Positions 1 through 7,030 of a stretch of DNA of 12,169 bases are shown one piece after another. The notes under the pieces were generated by a model, which made no database searches, had not been told where the DNA came from, and saw only the letters and a list, made by a program, of their open reading frames with translations. Where the stretch lies: positions 1 through 12,169 of the forward strand of contig JBHIDR010000023.1 of assembly GCA_046760225.1 (NCBI GenBank), written 5' to 3'. Made by a program: the position numbers and the translations under genes. Each line of letters starts with the position of its first letter. Positions within the stretch are counted from its first letter, which is position 1. The stretch comes from Candidatus Aenigmatarchaeota archaeon. Its GTDB lineage: Archaea; Aenigmatarchaeota; Aenigmatarchaeia; Aenigmatarchaeales; JACQIB01.

Positions 1-304
1 CAGCTTCTTTTATTTTGTCTTTTGCCCTTGTACCTGCGAGCAGCCCTGTAAGGTATGCTGCAGGTATGTTGCCTGTGCCTCCCTTCCATCCGTACTTCTT
101 GAGCTCCTGTGAATTGGCAGCAACCACGGTCCTGTCACCTTCAGGAACATAATCTATGAACTGGACATTCATGTGACTTGAGGATTTCCTTATCACCAGG
201 CGCACCTTTCCTGACCTGATGAGCCTGAGCCTTGCTCTGTAGTCTGTCCTTTTCTCCCTTCTCCTCTTGTGGGGCAGTTTGTAGCCTTTGGTTATCTTCG
301 CCAT
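1..304 (-). CDS. rpl18: 50S ribosomal protein uL18 (archaeal L18), 3' part runs off the window
   Basis: Not in the ORF track; translated by hand from ATG at 304: MAKITKGYKLPHKRRREKRTDYRARLRLIRSGKVRLVIRKS...GWKGGTGNIPAAYLTGLLAG. The RRRE-x-TDY-x2-RL and N-x-PAAYLTG motifs are typical of archaeal uL18. SD AGGTGA lies 6 nt before the ATG. Position after eL19 is canonical. Confidence 0.96.
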   Translation of the reverse strand, partial: MAKITKGYKLPHKRRREKRTDYRARLRLIRSGKVRLVIRKSSSHMNVQFIDYVPEGDRTVVAANSQELKKYGWKGGTGNIPAAYLTGLLAGTRAKDKIKEA

Positions 305-306
305 TT

Positions 307-747
307 CTACTCACCTTTCTCAATCAGGAGGTTGTTCTCTTTCAGGTATGTCTTCAGGTGCGCCCTGCTCCTGAAGCCTCCTCCCTTGATTTTTCTGTAG
401 ACCTTCCTGTAGGCAAGCGGTTTCAGCTTGCCGTCCTTCTTGTATTCCAGCAGCAATTTCCTCTGTGGCCTTACCATCTTCAGCCAGTCTGTTTTCTTGC
501 CTTCCCTTGCTCCTTTCCTTCCCTTCCTGCTTCCTGTCCTCTGCTTCCTGTATACTATCCTTTTCCTTTTCTTTACAGGAAGCTTTTTGATTATCCCATC
601 ATCAATCATCCCTCTGATATCAGACCTTGTTATGGCCTTCTTTATTCTTGGTGCTGCTGACGGATCCATCCATACCCTGTTCACCCCGCATTTCAGTATC
701 TTTGCTGCAAGCTTTCTTTGGGAATTTGATGTACTGTGCTGTCTCAT
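307..747 (-). CDS. rpl19e: 50S ribosomal protein eL19 (L19e)
   Basis: QRKLAAKILKCGVNRVWMDP, AITRSDIR, GSRKG and VYRKIKGGGF motifs. ATG at 747 is preferred over the track's GTG at 759, which overlaps the stop of the upstream microprotein. Confidence 0.96.
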   Translation of the reverse strand: MRQHSTSNSQRKLAAKILKCGVNRVWMDPSAAPRIKKAITRSDIRGMIDDGIIKKLPVKKRKRIVYRKQRTGSRKGRKGAREGKKTDWLKMVRPQRKLLLEYKKDGKLKPLAYRKVYRKIKGGGFRSRAHLKTYLKENNLLIEKGE

Positions 748-755
748 AAAACCAC

Positions 756-914
756 TCACGTATTATGGCTCTCCCTCTCACTTCCTTCGCTTATTATTCC
801 GAATTCTGAAAATATTGCATTGCATAAAGGACACACCAGTATCTCCTTGTCATTTTTCCATTTCCTTCCCCTTATGCCGCACGTCGGGCAGTTTTTTATC
901 GATATCATGAACAT
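756..914 (-). CDS. 52-aa zinc-ribbon (CPxCG-type) microprotein of unknown function
   Basis: Hand translation: MFMISIKNCPTCGIRGRKWKNDKEILVCPLCNAIFSEFGIISEGSERESHNT*. It has two Cys knuckles (CPTCG, CPLCN) and fills the eL32-eL19 gap almost exactly. ATG is 4 nt after the eL32 stop in the context GAAGTGA-TTTT-ATG. Alternative start at 908. Confidence 0.8.
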   Translation of the reverse strand: MFMISIKNCPTCGIRGRKWKNDKEILVCPLCNAIFSEFGIISEGSERESHNT

Positions 915-918
915 AAAA

Positions 919-1383
919 TCACTTCTCCTTCTTCTCCTCAGGTTTTTCTTTTGGTTTTTCTTCCTTCTTCTCCTCTTTTGGTTTTTCTTCCTTCTTCTCT
1001 TCTTTTTTTACTTCCTTCTTCTTTGCCTTTTTCTTTTCGGCCTTTTTCGGGTTCAGTATTTTGATTTTCTTTTCTTGTGCCTTCTTGATTATATCTCCCC
1101 TCTTCTTCCTTCCCACAGTAGAGGCTATCTTTATGCATTCTTTCCCTGGTTCTATCCTGTCCAGTTCTGATGTATTTCGCACAACCACCTCAACTAGACC
1201 GCACGGGTGCTTGCCTCTCATGGACTTCGGGCTGCCATAACCAACTGTTGGTATGAATCCCTTTCCTTTGATATGCTTCCTTAGTTTCGATTGCTTTCCC
1301 TTGGGTGCTCTCCACTTCTTTCCTAATGAAACTTTTCTGAACCATTCCTGCCTTAGGAACTTTTGTTTCTTTTTTGGATTCAT
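919..1383 (-). CDS. rpl32e: 50S ribosomal protein eL32 (L32e) with Lys/Glu-rich C-terminal tail
   Basis: FLRQEW, WRAPKGKQSKLR, VGYGSP, RGKHPCG and IASTVGRKKR motifs. Start is ATG 1383 (after GGAGGT) or ATG 1389. Confidence 0.96.
   Translation of the reverse strand: MNPKKKQKFLRQEWFRKVSLGKKWRAPKGKQSKLRKHIKGKGFIPTVGYGSPKSMRGKHPCGLVEVVVRNTSELDRIEPGKECIKIASTVGRKKRGDIIKKAQEKKIKILNPKKAEKKKAKKKEVKKEEKKEEKPKEEKKEEKPKEKPEEKKEK
947..999. repeat. Two-copy tandem repeat with 27-bp period inside the eL32 tail (EEKKEEKPK x2)
   Basis: tcttttggtttttcttccttcttctc occurs at 947-972 and again at 974-999. Confidence 0.8.
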
Positions 1384-1385
1384 GC

Positions 1386-1916
1386 TCATGACCTCCCCAC
1401 AAGGAAGCAGCCGTCCTGGAAAACTCTCCTGTCTCTTGCAGGTACTTTGGTTGCCTGCTCTATGTTGGTTGCTGTCTGGCCTGCTTTTTCTATGTCTGTT
1501 CCTGTGACAGTTATCTCATCGCCCTTTATCTCGACCTTTGTGCCTTCCAGTATTCTGGCTTTCCTCGGGAACTTCTCTCCGAGGAAGTTTGTGATATGCA
1601 CCTCGTCCCCGGAAACCTTCACTGTCATAGGAAAATGAACATAAACTATCTTCAGCTTGTACTTCCACCCGTCCTTCACTCCCTTTATCATGTTCCTTAT
1701 GTGGGCGGCTATGCAGCCCACTTCTGCCTTTACCTTTCTTTTGTCGCTCTTTGACTTCACAACAACCTTGTCATCCACCTTCTCTATGGTTATGAGCTTT
1801 GAAAAGATGGGACTGGAAAAATCTTTTTCAAGCTCGCCTCTCTCCCCTTTCACATTTACCTTAAGTCCCTTGACTGCAACCTCAGTCCCCTCAGCTATCT
1901 TGACTGTCTTTTCCAT
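1386..1916 (-). CDS. rpl6: 50S ribosomal protein uL6
   Basis: VKGERGEL, AAHIRNMIKGV, YVHFPM, NFLGEK and DRRVFQDG motifs. ATG 1916 follows AGGTG; the track's 1925 is a GTG inside the SD. Confidence 0.97.
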   Translation of the reverse strand: MEKTVKIAEGTEVAVKGLKVNVKGERGELEKDFSSPIFSKLITIEKVDDKVVVKSKSDKRKVKAEVGCIAAHIRNMIKGVKDGWKYKLKIVYVHFPMTVKVSGDEVHITNFLGEKFPRKARILEGTKVEIKGDEITVTGTDIEKAGQTATNIEQATKVPARDRRVFQDGCFLVGRS

Positions 1917-1925
1917 ATCATGCAC

Positions 1926-2312
1926 CTAGTACACAAATACCAGCAACCTGCCTCCTATCTTTCTTTTCTTTGCCTCTTCATGGCTCATGACACCCTCTGA
2001 AGTGGAGACTATTATTACTCCAAAGCCTGAAGCAGGCAGAAATCTCCTCTCGTATTTCTCATAATCCTCTTTTTTTACCCTGAACCTGGGCCTTATTGAA
2101 CCGCAGTTGTTTATTGTACCGAGGAGGGAGACCTTGAACTTGCCTCCTCTTGCATTGTCTATGAACTCGAAATTCCCTATGTAATTGTACGACTGCAGGA
2201 CCAGAAGGACGTTTTTAATCATGGTGGACGCTGGTGTGACTACATCTTTCTTTCCAAGCAGGTCGCCGTTCTTTATTGTTGACAGCACGTCTGAAAGCAG
2301 GTCATGCCTCAT
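1926..2312 (-). CDS. rps8: 30S ribosomal protein uS8
   Basis: YIGNFEFID, INNCGSIRPRF, FLPASGFG, IVSTSEGVMSH and IGGRLL motifs; SD AGGTGA. Confidence 0.97.
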   Translation of the reverse strand: MRHDLLSDVLSTIKNGDLLGKKDVVTPASTMIKNVLLVLQSYNYIGNFEFIDNARGGKFKVSLLGTINNCGSIRPRFRVKKEDYEKYERRFLPASGFGVIIVSTSEGVMSHEEAKKRKIGGRLLVFVY

Positions 2313-2321
2313 TACATCACC

Positions 2322-2468
2322 TTATGAATATTTTTTGAATCCTAGTTTTTTGGCTACTTCCCTCATGCACTGCCTGCAGTGCATCAGCCCGTACTTCCTT
2401 ATTACGCCTCCGCTCCTTCCGCATCTCCTGCATCTGTACTTCCCCTTGCCGTGTTTTCTTACAGCCAT
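2322..2468 (-). CDS. rps14: 30S ribosomal protein uS14 (zinc-binding C+ type)
   Basis: Not in the ORF track (48 aa): [48 protein letters not shown]. Has CRRCG...IRKYGL..CRQC.RE.A..LGFKK; canonical position between uL5 and uS8. Confidence 0.97.
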   Translation of the reverse strand: MAVRKHGKGKYRCRRCGRSGGVIRKYGLMHCRQCMREVAKKLGFKKYS

Positions 2469-2975
2469 CTATTCCACCTTAACATTCAGGTTTTTTTCTG
2501 CCCATTCCCTTGCTTCTCCGGCAGTTATCCTGTGCGCCTTTCCTACCTTGCTGGAAATTCTTTTTTTGGCAACGCGATAACCTCTCCTTTCCAGTCTTAT
2601 GCAAACATCCATTCCGAATATTCCTATCTCAGGATCATAACGCACCCCAGGAATGGATATGTGCTCCTTTATGCCGAAGGAAAAGTTTCCCTGTGTATCA
2701 AAAACAGACGCGGCAAGCTTGAAGTCAACAGCATCAAGAAGCTTCTTCAGAAATTCCATTACATCTTCCCCGCGAAGGGTTATCTTGCATCCTATTGGCC
2801 TTCCCTTGCCTACACCAAAGGTGGTCCTCTTCCTTGTATGGGTCTTTACCACTTTCTTGCCTGTAAGGCTGGTCAGCAGCTTCTTGGCCTTTTCCAGCAT
2901 CTCTCCTGGCTCTCCGCACCCTATGTTGACCACAACTTTCTCAATCCTGATTTCCTTCATTGGGTTCATCATCAT
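2469..2975 (-). CDS. rpl5: 50S ribosomal protein uL5
   Basis: NPMKEIRIEKVVVNIG, PIGCKITLRG, GNFSFGIKEHI and YDPEIGIFGMDV motifs. Three tandem ATGs (2975, 2972, 2969) make the exact start uncertain. Confidence 0.97.
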   Translation of the reverse strand: MMMNPMKEIRIEKVVVNIGCGEPGEMLEKAKKLLTSLTGKKVVKTHTRKRTTFGVGKGRPIGCKITLRGEDVMEFLKKLLDAVDFKLAASVFDTQGNFSFGIKEHISIPGVRYDPEIGIFGMDVCIRLERRGYRVAKKRISSKVGKAHRITAGEAREWAEKNLNVKVE

Positions 2976-3646
2976 TCACCTGTCTTTATCAATGGTTCCT
3001 TGCTTCCGATTCCCATTACCACCCTCATCGGTGTTTCCATCTCTCTTCCTTCTGTCTCTAACCAGACCCTCTTGACCATTCCCTTCTCTATCTTCTTGAG
3101 TTTGGCAATCTTTCCGCTGTGCTTTCCTGAGATGATTATTACCAATATGCCTGGCTCGAACTTCACAGCATCAATTATCTTCTGTTCCGGAAGTTGTATC
3201 AGCAACGAATCATTAACAGAATACTTGTCCTCCTCTACCAGCATGTTCCTTCCATCATGAAGGTTGAGCTGAATCTTTCCTCCTTTCAGCACCACCTTGC
3301 CTATTATCTTGCATACCTTCCTGTCTGCCTCATTCTCAGGTATCTCAATAGCCCTCATTACTTTTCCTGGCACCATCCTGTAGCTCTTCCCACCAACAGT
3401 CACAACATCAAAAAGCCCGATTCCGCTTTTTGTATCTGTCATTATTCTCCCGTCTACCTTGACCTCTCTTCCCTTAATTATTGACTTGGCCTCCTTTGCA
3501 TTTTCTCCCAGTTCCAGCATGTCCCTTATTACAACTAACAGGGGTATGCTCTCATCCTTTCTGTGCGCTCCACGTGGCGCTGTAACAAACCTTGCTTTCT
3601 TCCTTTCCATTGACCATGGAACAGTAGGTCTTTTCAGTCTTGGCAT
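2972..3646 (-). CDS. rps4e: 30S ribosomal protein eS4 (S4e)
   Basis: LKR...W, PRGAH, SIPLLVVIRD, VKVDGR, GLFDVV and QLNLHDGRN motifs plus KOW-like IISGKHSGK. Confidence 0.96.
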   Translation of the reverse strand: MPRLKRPTVPWSMERKKARFVTAPRGAHRKDESIPLLVVIRDMLELGENAKEAKSIIKGREVKVDGRIMTDTKSGIGLFDVVTVGGKSYRMVPGKVMRAIEIPENEADRKVCKIIGKVVLKGGKIQLNLHDGRNMLVEEDKYSVNDSLLIQLPEQKIIDAVKFEPGILVIIISGKHSGKIAKLKKIEKGMVKRVWLETEGREMETPMRVVMGIGSKEPLIKTGE

Positions 3647-4005
3647 TACTTCGCCCTCCTTATTGCCCTCTGTCTTTTCTTGTCAGCCATGTCGGCCTTG
3701 ATGATCATAAGGTTTGACGCATGAATCGGTATTACAACCTCCTCACCCGAGACCTTTTTTCTTTTCAGGCTGTCAACATAGACCTTTGATTCCTTGAGGT
3801 CCACTTTTGTGACCTTGCCTGTGATTTTCTTGTGGTCCCCTCTCATTACTCTTACCTCATCACCCTTTCTCAGGCCAAGGCTCCTCTTCGCCATCTCCTT
3901 TGCCAGACTCTTGCTGAGTCTGGCTGAGACCAACCTCTTCCTCTTGTGCAGCTTTGCCCTGTAAATCCTCTTCCTCTGTTTTCCTGGTTTTTTTGAAGCC
4001 ATCAT
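3646..4005 (-). CDS. rpl24: 50S ribosomal protein uL24
   Basis: SKKPGKQRK, LSKSL, RKGDEVRVMRGD (KOW) and PIHASNLMI motifs. Alternative start at 4002. Confidence 0.97.
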   Translation of the reverse strand: MMASKKPGKQRKRIYRAKLHKRKRLVSARLSKSLAKEMAKRSLGLRKGDEVRVMRGDHKKITGKVTKVDLKESKVYVDSLKRKKVSGEEVVIPIHASNLMIIKADMADKKRQRAIRRAK

Positions 4006-4400
4006 ACCACCGTTGTTGCTATTTTTCCTATTGTGGAAAACCTCTCAACTGCCTCCTTTGCAACAGGGCCCTTTATCCTTGTGCCCCTTGCCTCCTTCCT
4101 CTCGTTGATGAGCACAGCTGCATTGTCCTCAAAGCTCATCCTCATCCCGTTCTTCCTCATGTACTCCTTTTTCTGCCTCACTATAACAGCATCAACAACC
4201 TCGTGCTTCATCTTCGGGTCGCCTTTCTTAACAGCTACCACCACTATGTCTGATACTCCTGCCCTGGGCTTCCTCCTCTTGACACCCTTGTATTTCTTCA
4301 CAGCAATTATTTGCAGCAGGTCTGCTCCTGTGTTATCTATGCACTTCAGGTAACTTCCTACCTGGAGAGCCTTTGTCATGGATGCGGACACTGCTTTCAT
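4002..4400 (-). CDS. rpl14: 50S ribosomal protein uL14
   Basis: CIDNTGA, AVIVRQKKEY, FEDNAAV and GTRIKGPVAKE motifs. Confidence 0.97.
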   Translation of the reverse strand: MKAVSASMTKALQVGSYLKCIDNTGADLLQIIAVKKYKGVKRRKPRAGVSDIVVVAVKKGDPKMKHEVVDAVIVRQKKEYMRKNGMRMSFEDNAAVLINERKEARGTRIKGPVAKEAVERFSTIGKIATTVV

Positions 4401-4753
4401 TTTCCCACCTCAATCACAACGAATGACTTTGTCTTGCTGAGCGACCTGCATTCAACAACCTTGACCTTGTCCCCTACCTTTGCTGAGATGCACTGTGGAT
4501 TGTAGGCAACAACCCTTCCCTTCCTCCTCTCATACCTCTCGTACTTGGGAAGATAGTGCACGAATCTCCATTCCACCACAGCTGTCTTTGATGCCTTGGC
4601 ACTCCTCACAATGCCTCTGATTATCCTGCCCCTCAAGGACAGGGAACCGTGCCACGGGCATTTCTTGTCTTTGCATGTCCCTTTGGGTGGTTTAGCATCT
4701 ATTCCTATGTTTGCATGCTTTCTCTCCTCTTTCTTTTTCTTTGTCAGCGCCAT
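4397..4753 (-). CDS. rps17: 30S ribosomal protein uS17
   Basis: NIGID, C-x-DKKCPWHGSLSLRG, PKYERYERR and ECRSLSKTKSFVV motifs. ATG 4753 follows GGTGA; the track's start is GTG 4762. Confidence 0.97.
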   Translation of the reverse strand: MALTKKKKEERKHANIGIDAKPPKGTCKDKKCPWHGSLSLRGRIIRGIVRSAKASKTAVVEWRFVHYLPKYERYERRKGRVVAYNPQCISAKVGDKVKVVECRSLSKTKSFVVIEVGK

Positions 4754-4755
4754 TG

Positions 4756-5037
4756 TCACCACTTTCTTATTCTTATTTTTATCCTGTCTTCAGGCCTCAG
4801 CTCTATTGTCTTTCCCCTGACCTTTACCTTTCTTTTGTCAGGCAGCGTGAAAATGAAGTCTGATGTTGCTTTACCTATTTTCTTTATTCCTTTTTTTGTC
4901 CTCATTACCAGTGTCTTCTTTGTTTCATTGACCACTTTTCCTCTTACGCCTACCAGTGTCTTGTTCCTGCTCTCTGCAACCTCTGCATCGAGCCCTATGA
5001 GTTCATGCCTCACGAGGTTCTTGGCCGTTATCGGCAT
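4756..5037 (-). CDS. rnp1: Ribonuclease P protein component 1 (Rpp29/Pop4)
   Basis: ITAKNLVRHELIGL, GKVVNETKKTL and LRPEDRIK motifs; canonical position between SUI1 and uS17. Start is ATG 5037 or 5043. Confidence 0.95.
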   Translation of the reverse strand: MPITAKNLVRHELIGLDAEVAESRNKTLVGVRGKVVNETKKTLVMRTKKGIKKIGKATSDFIFTLPDKRKVKVRGKTIELRPEDRIKIRIRKW

Positions 5038-5039
5038 TT

Positions 5040-5336
5040 TCATTCAACCTCTATCTGGTCTGGTGAAAAGCCTGCCTTTATCAGCAGGTCCTTCACACGC
5101 ATCTTGTGATTGCCCTGCAGTTCTATCTTGCCTTCCTTGAAGGTGCCTCCGCACGCGAGCTGCGACTTCAGCTTCTTTGTGAGCTCCTTTGCATCCTTCT
5201 CGATTCCTTCCACAATGGTCACCCACTTCCCGTACGACCTCCTAACATTATAGACCTTTATTTTTGCGGCCTCCTTTGCCATTGCCCCGCATACGCAGAG
5301 TTCCCTAGGCAAACCACAAACTTTACATACTGCCAG
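5040..5336 (-). CDS. sui1: Translation initiation factor aIF1 (SUI1 family), predicted CTG start
   Basis: (M)AVCKVCGLPRELCVC zinc-knuckle N-terminus, RRSYGKWVTIVEG, LKSQLACGGT and IELQGNH. The position where the initiator Met is expected is CTG (5336-5334), preceded by GGAGGCGA with a 6-nt spacer. The track's start at 5450 lies deep inside rpl29. Confidence 0.93.
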   Translation of the reverse strand: MAVCKVCGLPRELCVCGAMAKEAAKIKVYNVRRSYGKWVTIVEGIEKDAKELTKKLKSQLACGGTFKEGKIELQGNHKMRVKDLLIKAGFSPDQIEVE

Positions 5337-5553
5337 TTGTTTTCGCCTCCTTTTTCTTTTTCCTTTGTTTGAGTTCAGTGAGTATCCTTGCCATTGTCTT
5401 TCTTGTTTCACTGACACGTCCGGTATTGCTGGGACTTCCTCCAACAGCAATCTGCGCTCTTTCCTTGGACAGTTCCATCTTCAGCTCTGCCAGCCTCTTG
5501 CGCAAATCATCCTCACTCATCTCATGGATTTGTCTGATTCTGATAATCGCCAT
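5323..5553 (-). CDS. rpl29: 50S ribosomal protein uL29
   Basis: MAIIR...EMS...L.ELKMELSKER...GGSPSNTGRV...RKTMARILT. ATG 5553 is preferred (alternatives 5562, 5559). The 3' end overlaps the aIF1 start by 14 nt. Confidence 0.95.
   Translation of the reverse strand: MAIIRIRQIHEMSEDDLRKRLAELKMELSKERAQIAVGGSPSNTGRVSETRKTMARILTELKQRKKKKEAKTTGSM
5343..5350 (-). promoter_or_regulatory. Strong Shine-Dalgarno site (GGAGGCGA) for the CTG-initiated aIF1 gene
   Basis: One mismatch to the archaeal GGAGGTGA consensus. The 6-nt spacer to CTG equals the AGGTGA-GTAGAA-ATG spacing of rpl18 in this operon. Confidence 0.75.
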
Positions 5554-5558
5554 CAGCA

Positions 5559-6218
5559 TCACTCTTCTTTTTTCTTCTCCCCCTTCTTTTCTTCTTCCTT
5601 TGGCTTCTCTTCCTCTTCTTTCATCATCTTCCTTCCAAGTTTCTTCATGGCCTCTATCTCTTTAGGCGGCTCTATGAGTATCCTTACCTGGACCCCGATT
5701 GTGCCCAGCTTTACCTGGGCAGTTGCATATGCCTTGCTAAGCTTTTCAGCTGGCTCACCTGCAAATTTCAGGTAGCCTGCAGAGAACTTCTCTGTTCTTC
5801 CCATTTCTCCACCGACCTTACCACCGATTCTTATTGCTGCACCCACTGCACCTGCTTCCATTATTCTTGTTAATGCAAGGCTCGCAACCCTCTTGTATTT
5901 CAGGCCCCTCTCTATTGCAGCCGCAATCTGCTTTGCAACAATATTGGCATCAAGGTCAGGGTTCTCTATTTCCTGTACATCAAGCTGCGGGTTCTCTATA
6001 CCGAACCTTTCCTTCAGTACCTGTGATATCGCATCAATTGTCTTGCCTCCCCTTCCTATCACCATGCCTGGCCTTTGTGCATAAACAGTAATCCTTATTG
6101 ACAGGGGAGTCCTGTGGATATCGCTGTGGCTGTATCCGGCTCTCGCGAACTCCCTTGCAAGGAATTCATCAACTTCCGAAAGCCTCAGGTTCTCTCTGAT
6201 GAACTTCTTCTCTATCAT
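5559..6218 (-). CDS. rps3: 30S ribosomal protein uS3
   Basis: MIEKKFI, RAGYS, KH motif RPGMVIGRGG, NPDLDA, IMEAGAVG and KLGTIGVQVRI; Lys/Glu-rich tail. Confidence 0.97.
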   Translation of the reverse strand: MIEKKFIRENLRLSEVDEFLAREFARAGYSHSDIHRTPLSIRITVYAQRPGMVIGRGGKTIDAISQVLKERFGIENPQLDVQEIENPDLDANIVAKQIAAAIERGLKYKRVASLALTRIMEAGAVGAAIRIGGKVGGEMGRTEKFSAGYLKFAGEPAEKLSKAYATAQVKLGTIGVQVRILIEPPKEIEAMKKLGRKMMKEEEEKPKEEEKKGEKKKEE

Positions 6219-6637
6219 TTCTTTTCCACCTTCTTTTCCTCTTTTTTCTTTTCCACCTTCTCCTCCCCCGGCTTGAGGATTGCTTGGAGGTTTGTTGACT
6301 TCATCATTGTTCCGTGCCTTCTCTTCCTCCTGGCCCTCATCATTGTAGCTCCCTGATGGGCTGATATGAAAAGTATCATCTTCCCGGGCTCAATGTCCCT
6401 TGCCTTGGCATTTGATTCCAAAGATTCCAAAAGCCTCTTTATGTTCTCTGATGCTGATGTGTAGTAGCATCCCTTGATGCTCTTTTTCTTTTCAACAATA
6501 TCGCTGATTGTTTTCTTTGCTCTTTTGAACTGCATCCTGTTCAGGTGCCTGCATATCACCACCGCGTTCTTCGTGGAAATGCTTGCAGTTGTCCTTGCTG
6601 TCACCATTTCCTTTGTTACAGGCATTGTATAGCTCAT
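6215..6637 (-). CDS. rpl22: 50S ribosomal protein uL22 (divergent, shortened)
   Basis: Position between uS19 and uS3; ISTKNAVVICRHL and LLESLESNA motifs. Start is ATG 6637 or 6643 (the track uses GTG 6646). Confidence 0.9.
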   Translation of the reverse strand: MSYTMPVTKEMVTARTTASISTKNAVVICRHLNRMQFKRAKKTISDIVEKKKSIKGCYYTSASENIKRLLESLESNAKARDIEPGKMILFISAHQGATMMRARRKRRHGTMMKSTNLQAILKPGEEKVEKKKEEKKVEKK

Positions 6638-6642
6638 ACTCA

Positions 6643-7029
6643 TCACTTAAGTGGCAGGAACTTGCTGCTTTTTGTTGCACCAACTCCTGGTGCACTGTGC
6701 ATGACCTTCTTTCTGGTCATTGCAAATTCTCCAAGCCTTCTTCCCAGCATTTCTGTCTTTATTTCAATTACTACCCACTCCTTGCCAGCATGAATGCTAA
6801 TTTTCTTGCCAACCATCTCGGGGAGCACTACCATGTCCCTGCAGTGTGTCTTTACCACAGCCTTCTTTCCTTTCCTCAGCCTCTCAAGCAGTTTCTTTTG
6901 CTGCACAGTGAGTCCCCTTTTCAGGCTCCTTCTTTCCCTTGACCTCACCAGCTTTGCAAACTCTTCAAGGCTCATCTTCTGCAGCTCCTCGATTGTTCTC
7001 CCCTTGTATGTGACTATCTTTGCCACCAT
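6643..7029 (-). CDS. rps19: 30S ribosomal protein uS19
   Basis: [42 protein letters not shown] and [14 protein letters not shown] motifs. Confidence 0.97.
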   Translation of the reverse strand: MVAKIVTYKGRTIEELQKMSLEEFAKLVRSRERRSLKRGLTVQQKKLLERLRKGKKAVVKTHCRDMVVLPEMVGKKISIHAGKEWVVIEIKTEMLGRRLGEFAMTRKKVMHSAPGVGATKSSKFLPLK

Positions 7030-7030
7030 C

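Noticed and set aside
5040..5336. sui1 as a pseudogene that lost its start codon
   Set aside because: The frame, zinc knuckle and all core motifs are intact, with a strong and correctly spaced SD. A non-AUG start is the simpler reading, though a sequencing error cannot be excluded.
5337..5450. 38-aa N-terminal extension of SUI1 in the ORF track
   Set aside because: It lies wholly inside rpl29 in another frame and has no similarity to SUI1 N-termini. SD position and homology point to 5336.
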